Shown: piece by piece, positions 39,440 through 50,429 of the stretch
Layout of the letters: every line of letters starts with the position of its first letter
Position numbering within the stretch: the first letter of the stretch is position 1
Source of the DNA: Camelus dromedarius
Lineage: Eukaryota
Assembly: GCF_036321535.1 (NCBI RefSeq)
Contig: NC_087436.1
Coordinates: 17,670,001 to 17,734,000, forward strand
Length of the DNA stretch: 64,000 nucleotides
Direction of reading: 5' to 3'
Position numbers and translations under genes: made by a program
The notes under the pieces: generated by a model
The model's input: only the letters and a program-made list of their open reading frames with translations
Databases searched by the model: none
Told to the model about the DNA's origin: nothing

Positions 39440-39690
39440 ACTCTGGAAGCCTGTGACCAAGAGTTGACCCTCCTGGTACACTGATTATGGGACTGTAATC
39501 ACTTAAGCTCCGTGTGGCTGAGTATCCTCGCTGAACTAGGTTAACACCAGAGTATCTTGGAGTGCCAACATGTAATTGCAATACCTCATAGGGTTTTTGT
39601 GAAAATTAAATGCATTTAAAAGTAAAGCACTTAGAACAATGCCTCGCATGTGATGTAAGTACACACAATACAAGTATTAGCTGTTACTCT
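39440..39690 (+). mobile_element. MIR remnant
   Basis: aatcacttaagctccgtgtg...tacctcatagggtttttgtgaaaattaaatg...aaagcacttagaacaatgcct. Confidence 0.7.
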
Positions 39691-40932
39691 CGTCTTTGTT
39701 ACAGGTCCTACGTGTGAACAGTCAGCATCCCTTCTGTGATATAATCACCATGTTTAGGTGCTATTTCTTAGTGATAATATTTCATTCATAATTTTTTTTG
39801 TTGTTAGGGCCCAGGATAACAGATATTTAGCCACAGTAGACATAAGGCTGATAGCCATTAAAATATAGAAAATGAACTATTTAAAGGCATATATCACTTT
39901 ATAAGATGGTTAATTTATATAATTTTCCCATAGAATCACATGGTCAATTGTAACAGACCTTTTTACAAATCACTCATATTTTTTCACTAGTTACATATGG
40001 GAATGGACTATTTTATAAAAACCCATTCATTGAAGGCTTACATATCTAATTATCTGTCTACATGGATGTTTAACCTGAGATTCCTCCCAAAATTTATAGT
40101 TTTCTTAGATGATAAAGCAACAAGCATATTCAGTCCTGCTAACAGGAATGGCCCTAATTATCAACAACAGTAAATAAGACAATTACTTCCTGGTCAAGCT
40201 AAACTGCTAAATTCATTATTCTTCGACTGCCAACTACATGCTAGCTGCCCTGTTAGGTGACAGTTTCAGTCTTCACAGCTCTCAAGTTCAATGAGGAGAT
40301 GAACAATTAACCCAAATACACAAGATAGGATATTAAATGAAGGTGACAGGGACATTCCTAGGTATTATTTAAGCATGAAAGTTTAAGTGTAGAAACATCA
40401 AGGCAGCCTCCTTGGAGGGGCAACATCTAAACTGAGTCCTGCAGGAATACTGAGCACTATCCAGGCAAAGGGCAATGTGTTACAGAGAAATTGTCTTCAA
40501 ACACAGCTACTCAACTATCACATACTCCACTTCTCTTGCAGATTTGCCTTCTCCCCTGACTTGTCCAGTGTCCTCATTATGTCCCTAACTTTGAATGTCC
40601 AGTCAAAACTCCATTGGCACAAATCAAATCCCTTTATTCATCATAAAATTCCCAAATGTTCTCAAAATAGTATATGTCTAAAATACATTTTAAATTTAAA
40701 GGTTCTACCCAAGATTCGATTCTGTAATGATGAACTTCTCTATATTGGTTTATTGCGAGTATGTGTTTGGTTTGCATGAAGCACAAAGTTTGAACTTGAC
40801 TTCTTGTTGATTAATCTTAACTTGAATGTAAATGTAGCTTACTATTATGAGTTTAATTACGGTTGAGGTATTAGTCAGATTAAGTGAAGTTTTTGTTTAT
40901 ATCTGTAAAAAAATAAAATAAAATACATTTTA

Positions 40933-41279
40933 GGAGTTGGGAGATTGCCAAGATGGCAGCAGAATAGAAGGGTGCTGTGCTCACCTCTCCCATGAATACA
41001 GCAAAAACTATGCATACAGAACAAATCTCACAGTGTACCTATTGAACTTTGGCCGAATATCTCTTACAATAGGAAATAAAAGGAAATCCTCACAAAACCA
41101 GATAAACAAGTTTCTACTGTATAGCACAGGGAACTATATTCAATACCTTGTTGTAACCCATAATGAAAAAGAATATAAAAAGGAATATATGTGTATGTAT
41201 GTCTGACTGAAACATGCTGTGTGCCAGAAATTGTCACAACATTATAAACTGACTATACTTCAATTTTAAAAAAGTGCTT
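40933..41279 (+). mobile_element. Bipartite mini-L1: L1 5' terminus (40933-41101) joined directly to L1 3' terminus (41102-41279)
   Basis: Starts ggagttgggagattgccaagatggc (L1 5' end with YY1-type aagatggc); 3' part matches the 3' UTR of the young L1s in this window; perfect 11-bp TSD aatacatttta (40922-40932, 41280-41290). Confidence 0.85.
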
Positions 41280-41693
41280 AATACATTTTAAATATCAATT
41301 TATAAAGAGCAATGATAAAGTCCAAGGATAAATGTAGTTCAAATGCATCAGCAAAAAAGCAATGACAAGATTATCTCAATATTGAAAAAAATTCATCTTT
41401 ACCTCTAAATCAACAAAGTATGCCTTTCACACCTATTGAATTGACAAAAATTTTTAAAGGGAAAATTTGAAAAATCAAGGACACGAATTTTTGGTATTAG
41501 TGTCCACTATTTCCCTCCTTGGTGATGAAATCTGGCACCATGTTTGAAGAGTTATAAAAATAATCATAACTTTTGATCTAACGATCACATTCCTAAGAAT
41601 TTAAACTAATGAAATGATTTTTTTAAAACAAAGGTAAGAATAGTTTATGGACAAAAATGGTGATGATAAGAATGTTAATATAATCCTGTTTTT

Positions 41694-43325
41694 TTTAATA
41701 TATATTTTTATTGAAGTATAATCAGTTTACAATGCTGTGTCAATTTCTGGTGTACAGCATAATGCTTCAGTCATACATGAATATACATATATTTGTTTTC
41801 ATATTCTTTTTCACCATAAGTTGCTATAAGATATTGAATATAGTTCCCTTTGGTATACAGTATAAACTTGTTTATCTATTTTATATATATTAGTATTCAC
41901 AAATCACAAATTCCCAATTTATCCCTTCCCACCCCCTTACCTACTGATACCCATAATTTTGTTTTCTGTGTCTGTGAGTCTCTTTCTGTTTTATAAATAA
42001 GTTTGTTTGACTTTTTTTTTTTTTTTTACGATTCCATGTATAAGTGATATCATATGGCACTTTTCTTTCTCTTTCCGGCTTACTTCGTTTAGAATGGCAA
42101 TCTCCAGGTCCATCCATGTTGCTGCAAATGACATTATTTTATTCCTTTTTATTGCTGAGTAGTTTCCATTGGATAAACATACTGCAACTTCTTTATCCAA
42201 TCATCTGTCAATGGACATTTAGGTTGTTTCCATGTCTTGGCTATTGTAAATAGTGCTGCTATGAACATTGGGGTGCATGTATCTTGTCGAATTAGAGTTA
42301 CCTCTGGATATATGCCCAGGAGTGGGATTGCTGGATCATATGGCAAGTCTATTTTTAGTCTTTTGAGGAATCTCCATACTGTTTTCCATAATGGCTAAAC
42401 CAAACTACATTCCCACCAGCAGTGTAGGAGGGTTCCCTTTTCTCCACACCCTCTCCAGCATTTAGTTTGTGGACTTTTGAATGATGGCCATTCTGACTGG
42501 TGTGGGGTGATACTTCATCATAGTTTTGATTTGAATTTCTGGCGATGTTTATTGAGCATGTTTTCATGTGCCTATGGGCCATTTGTATGTCTTCATTGGA
42601 TAATTGCTTGTTTAGCTCTTCTGCTCATTTTTGGATTAGGTTGCTTGTTTTTTTCTTATTAAGTTGTATGAGCTGTTTATAAATTCTGGAAATTAAGCCC
42701 TTGTCAGCCTCATCTTTTGCAAATATTTCCTCCCATTCCATAGGTTGTCTTTTTGTTTTGTTTATAGTTTTCTTTGTGGTGCAAGAGCTTGTAAGTTTCA
42801 TTGTTAATTTTTGCTTCTATTTCTATTGCCTGGATAGACTGCCCTAGGAGAACGTTGCTAAGATTTATGTCAGATAATGTTTTGCCTGTGTTTTTTTCTA
42901 GGAGTTTTATAGTGTCTTGTCTTACGTTTAAGTCTCCAAGCCATTTTGAGTTTATTTTTGTGTATGGTGTGAGGGAGTATTCTAACTTCACTGATTTATA
43001 TGCAGCTGCCCAGTTTTCCCAACACCATTTGCTGAAGAGACTGTCTTTTCTTCATTGTATGTTCTTGCCTCCTTTGTCGAAGATTAATTGACCAAAAGTT
43101 TGTAGGTTTATTTCTAGGCTGTCTGTTCTGTTCCATTGATCCATATGTCTGTTTTTGCACCAGTACCATGCTATTTTGATGACTGTAGCTCTGCAGTATT
43201 ATCTGAAGCCTGGGAGGGTTATTCCTCCAGCTTCATTCTTTTTCTTCAGTATTGCTTTGGCAATTCTGGGTCTTTTGTGATTCCATCTAAATTTTAGGAT
43301 TATTTGTTCTAGTTCTGTGAAAAGT
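41694..43325 (-). mobile_element. Young lineage-specific L1, 5'-truncated
   Basis: Minus ORFs [15 protein letters not shown]...[22 protein letters not shown] and MKLEYSLTPYTKINSKW; TSD atcctgttttt (41683-41693) / atcctattttt (43326-43336). Confidence 0.93.
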
Positions 43326-44409
43326 ATCCTATTTTTAAAAGATGAATGATTCAGCATTCAGAAAATGAGTAAATTGTGATATATTATCTAGAAAGAAATA
43401 GGAAGCAATTTAAATGTAGGAACATAAGATCACAGAGATACAAAAAAAGTGTCTACAAAAAAAATTAAAAGGAAAAAATATACAATTGTATAACCTGACA
43501 ATGACAGCAAGAGATTTAATAAATACATAAAAATACTTATGACGTATCAGGTGAAATAATTATGGGTTTAATTTTTTATAGTTTTTATAAGTAAATGCCA
43601 GTTTTAAATTTCTTTTTGCATACACACATGCATACATAATTTGACCTAAGTGTGTAAATATAGTCTTATCTACATACAATGGGACTTGTTTGATTTTTTC
43701 CTGTTTTACTTACCTTCCTAGTCAACATCACCAAACCCCCATTACCCATCTCACCATCTTATCCATGTTTAAAAATCTAGTATATTCTTCCTTTTTTCCA
43801 TATTCTTATAACACACAGATATGTGCAATTATGCATAAACATACAATTTCATGCAAACATGTATTTATGAATTTTTCTCCTTTTTTGATATATAATAAAA
43901 ATATATCCATGTCTCTGTATATTCCATTTCTCAGTCATATCCCTCCATGTCAGCTTATATAGTTCTAATTAGCCCCATTTAATTATTGTTTACTATGGTA
44001 TGATGTATATTGTATATACATCAAAAATTTTGAAATCAACAACTCTACTTGAATATTAACTTTGTTTCCATTTTTATCCTCTATAAACAATGTTGCAACT
44101 TTTATAATTATCAACTAAGTACTAGAGTTCTTATTCCTATGAGATTATCAGAAGTGATATCTTTGGTCAAAAGTGTATGTATATTTAGTTTTAATAGATC
44201 TTATCAGATTGCATTCCTAGCTATTATAATAATTCACATTTCTACCAACAGTGTGTTGCCTGCTTTTTAATTTTTTGGTAGTCTCATACGTCTAAAGTGA
44301 TGTTTCGTTGTTACTTTAACATACATTTCCTTATTTGTAATTTTGAGCATATTTTCCTTTGTTAGCCATTTGGATTAGTTTTTCAGAGAATTTCCTGTTT
44401 ACTTTTTTA

Positions 44410-45850
44410 AACATTTAAATTGAGTAATAGCATGCATATAGTAAAGTGCATAAGTGTTTTTTTATTTATTTTTTTAAATTTTTTATTGATTTATAATCAT
44501 TTTACAATGTTGTATCAAATTCCAGTGTTCAGCACAATTTTTCAGTTTTACATGAACATATAAAGTGCACAAGTCTTACGTGTACAGCTGGATGGATTTT
44601 TGCATAAGCATACACTTCCCAGATCCAGATGCAAAATAATAACAACATCTCAGAAGGATTAATTTTTATTGTTCTTGAATTTCATGCAAATAGTTAATAT
44701 AGAACAAAGTCATTATTTTCTACTTTTTTACTCAACATTATACGTATGAGAAACAATTATATTGTAGGGGGTAGAAGTAGTTCCATCTTTTCATTGCTTT
44801 TTATATATGAGTGTTATACAACTTATATAAAAATTTAGATCATTTCACTTTGACGCTATTATGAATAAAGCTGTTAAAAGAAACATTATTTTATGTGTCT
44901 TTTGGTAGATATACACAATCATTTCCCTTGGGTATACACTAGGTTGAGAACTACTGGGCCGTGATGTATATACATGGTTAGATATTGCAGGGGTTGTACT
45001 AATTTACATTCTCTTGAAGAATACAAGTGAGTTCCACTCGCCCATAGTCCATATGTGTTATTTTAGTCCATATATGGTCCTCATTAACAATCTTTTTAAT
45101 TTGGCCATTCTGGTGTACATGAAATGATGTCTTACTTGCTTTTAGTTTGCATTTCCTTGATGAATAATGATGTTGAGCTTTATTCCATGCTCTTGTTGAG
45201 TTTTATGGAGCCAATTTTATGAAGTGCCTATTCAAATCTTTGGTCCATTTTGTAAAGAGATTGTTGTCTTTTAATTAACAATCTGTAAGGCTCTTTGTGT
45301 ATTCTGGATTCAAGCCTTTGTTGGATGTATGTATTGTGAATATCTTCTCTCAGTATGTGGCTACCCTTTTCATTCTTTCAATGATGTTTTGAAAAACAGA
45401 AGTTCTTAATATTAATGAATTTGATTTATCAGTCTTTTATTTTATAGTTAGTGCTTTTTTGTATTCTGTTTAGTAAAGCTGCATGCCCTAAAATAATGAA
45501 AATATTCTCCTGATTTTTTAAGAAGCTTTACTATTTTGCCTTTTATATTTAGATTTTTCATCCACCTTCAACAGAATATTTTGTAAAGACTCAAAGTTTA
45601 TTTTTTCCATATAGATATCCAATTATTCCACAATCATGCCTAAGACATCTTTTCCCTCTGAAATGCAGTGGAACATTTGTAGCAAATCAGATAAACATTA
45701 AGGGGTATGATATTTCTGCATTTTGTATTTTTTTTTCCAGTTGGGCAAATTTATATCCTTGGGGAAATACCACACTCTTAATTACTTTAGCTTTTTAGTA
45801 AGTCTTGGTTTCTAGTAATGCATGAATTCTTAAACTTTATTTCTTAAAAA
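44410..45850 (-). mobile_element. Ancient L1 (L1MB/ME-type) 3' UTR plus ORF2 end; host of younger insertions
   Basis: ttggccattctggtg...tttgcatttccttgatgaataatgatgttgagc...aagtgcctattcaaatctttg. Confidence 0.75.
44456..44560 (-). mobile_element. Very short (~105 bp) 3' end of a young L1 subfamily
   Basis: T-rich tail then ttgatttataatcattttacaatgttgtatcaaattccagtgttcagcac; TSD taaagtgcataagt (44442-44455) / taaagtgcacaagt (44561-44574). Confidence 0.85.
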
Positions 45851-45854
45851 TTGC

Positions 45855-46270
45855 CCATATAATATTATATTACTTTCAGATGTACAACAAAGCAATTCAA
45901 TAATTTTATAGATTATACTCCATAAAATGTTATTATGAAACAATGCCTATATTCCTCTGTGCTGTATAATATATCCTTGTTGCTTATCTACTTTATACAT
46001 AGTACTTTGTGTCCCATAATCCCATCTTGCCTTTCCTAACTTCCCTCTCCCCACTGGTAACCACTAGTTTGTTCACTATAGCTATAAGTCTATTGCTGTT
46101 TTGTTATGTACACTTATTTCTTTTCTTTTTTAGATTCCACATGCAAGTGATAACATAGAGTATTTGTCTTTCTCTATCTGACTTATTTCACTAAGCATAA
46201 GACTCTCTAGCTCCATTCACATTGTTACAAATGGCAGAATTTCATTTAATGTTTAAGGCTGCATAATATT

Positions 46271-46312
<42 letters not shown>

Positions 46313-49300
46313 TATCATACCTTCTTTATCCATTCATCTTTTGATGGACACTTAGATTTATTCCATATCTTGGCAATTGTAAATAATGCTGCTATGAAGC
46401 CTGAGGTTCATGTATCTTTCTGAATTAGTGTTTTCATTTTTGACAGATGTATACTCAGGAGTGGAATTGCTGAATCATATAGTAGTTCTATTTTTAGTCT
46501 TTTGAGGAACTTGCATACTGTTTTCCATAGTGGCTGCACTAATCTACATTCACACCAACAGTATACAAAGGTTCTCTTTTCTCCACATGCTGGTCAACAT
46601 TTGTTATTTATAGATTTTTATGACAGCTATTCTGACAGATGTGAGGAGTTATCTCTTTGTGGTTTTGAGTTGCATTTCTCTAATGATTAATGATGTGTCA
46701 CATCTTTTCATGTGCCTGTTAGTCATGTATGTGTCTTCTTTTGAAAAATGTCAATTTAGATCTCCTACCCAATTTTTTATGAGGATATTTTTGCGATGTG
46801 TAGTTGTATGAGCTATTTATATATTTTGGGTATTAACCCTTTATCAGTCATATCATTTGCAAATATTTTCTCCCATTCAGTAGTTCAGTATATTCTCTTT
46901 TTGTTTTGTTGATGGTTTCCTTTGCTGTGCAAAGGCTTTTAAGTTTAATTAGTTCCTATTTGTTTATTTTTGCTTTTTTTTTTTTTTGCCTTAGAAGACA
47001 GATCAAAAATATTGTTATGATTTATGTCAAAGAGTGTTCTGCCTAAGTTCACGTCTAGGAATTTTATGGTTTCAATTCTTACATTTAGGTCTTTAATTTA
47101 TTTTAAATTTATTTTTGTGTATAGGTGAGAATATATTCTAATCTCATTGTTCTACATGTAGCTGTAAAATTTTCCCAGCACCACTTGTTGAAGAGACTGT
47201 CTTTTCTCCATTGCATATTCTTGCCTCATTTGCCATAGATTAGTTCACAATAGCTGTATGGGTTTATTTCTGGGCTATTTTGTTTCTTTAATCTTTGTGT
47301 CTTTTTTTTTCTAGTACCATACTGTTTTGATGAATATAGCTTTGTAGTATAGTCTGAAATGAGGGATTGTGACAGCTCAGTACTTGTTCTTTTTTTATCA
47401 AGATTGTTTTGGCAATTTGGGGTATTTTGTTCCATACAAATTTTACATTATTTATTCAAGTTCTATAAAAAGTGCCATGGGTATTTTCATTGGAATTCCA
47501 TTAAATCTGTAGATTGCTTTGGGCAGTATAGACATTTTAACAATACTAATTCTTCTAATCCAAGAATGTAAAATATTTTTCGATTTCTTTGTATCATCTT
47601 CAAATTCCACCATTTTTTTTTATAGTTTTCAGAGAATAGGTCTTTTACATCCTTGGTAAATTTTATTAAGTATTTTATTCTTTTTGAAGTGATTTTAAAC
47701 TGCATTGTATTCTTGCTTTCTCTTTCTAATAGTTCATCATTAGTGTATAGGAAAGTAACAGATTTATGTATATTAATATTTTATCCTGCAGCTTTGCTGA
47801 ATACATTTACTCTAATAGTATTTTGGTGGAGACTTTAGAGTTTGCTATATATACAGAATCATGTGATCTGAAAACAGTGACAGTTTTATTTCTTCCCTTC
47901 CAATGTGAATACCTTTTATTTCTTTTTTTAGTCCAAATACTGTGACTAGGACTTTATAATACTATTTTAAATGGGAGTGGTGAGAGTGGGCATCCTTGAC
48001 TTATTCCTTATTTTAGAGGAAAGGCTTTCAGTTTTTTACCATTGAGTATGATGTTAGCTGTGGGTTTGTCATATATGGCCTTTATAATGTTGAGATATGT
48101 TCCCTCTATACCCACTTTTATGAGAGTTTTTATCATGAGTGGATGTTGAGTTTTGTCAGTTGCTTTTTCTGGATCTACTGAGATGATCATTTTTTATCCT
48201 TTCTTTTGCTAATGTGGTGTATCACACTGATTGATTTCTGAATGTTGAATCAACCTTGCATTCTCTGGAATAAATGCCACATGATCGTGGTGTATGATCC
48301 TTTTTATATATAGTTGAATTTGGTTTGCTAATATTTTTGAGGGTTTTTGCTTCTATACTCATCAGAGATATTGGCCTGTAATGTTCATTTTTTATAGTGT
48401 CTTTGTCTGGTTTTGGTATCAGGGTAATGGTGACCTCATAAAATAAATTTGGAAGTTTTTCATCCTCTTCAATTTTTTGGAATAGTTTAAGGATAGGTAT
48501 TAGCTCTTCTCTATATGTTTGTTAGAATTCCCCTATGAAGCCATCCAGTCCTAGACTTTAGTTTGCTGGGAGTTTTTATTACAAATTCAATTTCACTACT
48601 AGTGATTGGTCTGTTCAAATTGTCTACTTCTTCCTGATTCAGTCTAGGAAGGTTGTATAATTCTAGAAATTTGTTCATTTATTCTAGGTTGTACAATTTG
48701 TTGGCCTATAACTGTTTATAGTATTCTTTTAAGATTTTTTGTGTTTCTGTTGTATTACTTGTTATTTCTCCTCTTTCATTTATTTTTTATTTGTTGTGTC
48801 ACCTGTCTTTTCTTCTTAGTAAACCTGACTAAAGGTTTATCAATTATGCTTATCTTTAAAAAAAAAAAAAAAAAAAAGCTCTTGATTTCATTGATCTTTT
48901 CTAATTTTTTGTCTCTATTTTATTTATTTCCTCTCTTATCTTTATTAGATTCTTCCTTCTGCTGACTGGCCTTTGTTCCTCTTTTTTCTAATTCCTTCAG
49001 ATGGTAGGTTAGGTTGTTTATTTGTGTTTTTCTTGTTTCTTTAGGTTGGCCTGTATTGCTACAAACTTCCCTCTTAGAACTGTTTTTGCTGCATCACAGA
49101 GATTTGGAAATTTATGTTTCCATTTTATTTGTCTCAAGATATTTTCTGATTTCCTCTTTGATTTTATTGTTGATGATTGTTTTTTTCATAGCATGTTGTT
49201 TATTCTCCACATGTTCATGCTTTTCCCACTTTTCTTTAATTATTTTCTAGTTTCATACCACTATGGTTGGAAAAAATGATTGATATAATTCCTATCCTCT

Positions 49301-50425
49301 TAACAGTTTCAAGACTTGTTTTATGGCCTAGCATGTAATCTATCCTGGAGAACGTTCCATGTGCACTTGAAAAGAATGTGTATTCTGCTGTTTTGGGATG
49401 GAATGTCCCATAGCTATTACATCCAATTGGCCTGTTGTGTCATTTAAGACAACTGTTTCCTTATTGATTTTCTGTCTGGATGATCTGTCCATTGATGAAA
49501 CTGGGGTGTTAAATTCCCCTATTATTATTGTATTATTGTCAATTCTGTTAACATTCTTTATGTCTGTTAATATTTTATTTATATATTAAGTACTACTGTA
49601 TTGAGTGTATATATGTTAATAATCATAATATCCTCTTCTGGTATTGACCCCTTTGTCATTATATAATGCCCTTTTTTGTCTTTTGTTATAGATTTATTTT
49701 AAAGTCTTTTTTGTCTGATGAGTATTGCTACCCTTGCTTTCTTGTCATTTCTATTTGCATGAAATATCTTTTGCCATCCCCTCACTTTTGGACTGTGAGT
49801 GTCTTTAGCTCTGAAGTGAGTCTCCTATAAGCAGCATATAGGTAGGACTTATTTTTAATCCAATCAGCCACCTTATGTCTTTTGATTGGTGTATTTAGTC
49901 CACTGACATTTAGAGTAATTATTGATAAGTATACGATTATTATCATTTTGTTACTTGTTTTCCAGTTGTTTTCAAAGCCACTGGGCACATACAGGCTGTA
50001 TAGGAATGCTCCCACATAAGTACACCACTTCAAGACAGCAATAGATAACTGTCTCACCTAATTTCATAGAGACAGAGTTAAGCAAAGTAAGAAGACAAAG
50101 GAATTGGTCTCAATTGAAAGAAAAGAGAAAACCCTTGAAAAAACAACCATTGAAACAGAAAAAATTTGCCAGATAAAGAGTTAGTAATAAGAATGCTAAG
50201 TGAATTAGGGAAAAGAATAGATGGACACAGTGAGAATTTTAACAAGGAACTAGAAGATGTAAAAAATAACTAGTCTATTCTAGAACTGAAGAATACAATA
50301 GCTGAAGTAGTTCTGCCAGCCTCCAGTTTTCAGTGAGACTTGTTCTACGTGTGGACGTATTTTTGATGTATTTGTGGTGATAGATGAGTTCTGCAACCTT
50401 CAAGTCTGCCATCTTGATCTCCTCC
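45855..50425 (-). mobile_element. Long L1 (L1MA9-like) with ORF2, an inverted ORF1-start segment and a retained 5' terminus
   Basis: Minus ORFs [51 protein letters not shown] (RT) and YLSIITLNVSGLNTPIKRHKVADWIK (EN start); 5' end gccatcttgatctcctcc at ~50408-50425. Confidence 0.88.
46273..46308. repeat. (TG)n microsatellite inside L1 3' UTR
   Basis: Directly visible. Confidence 0.97.
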
Positions 50426-50429
50426 AATA

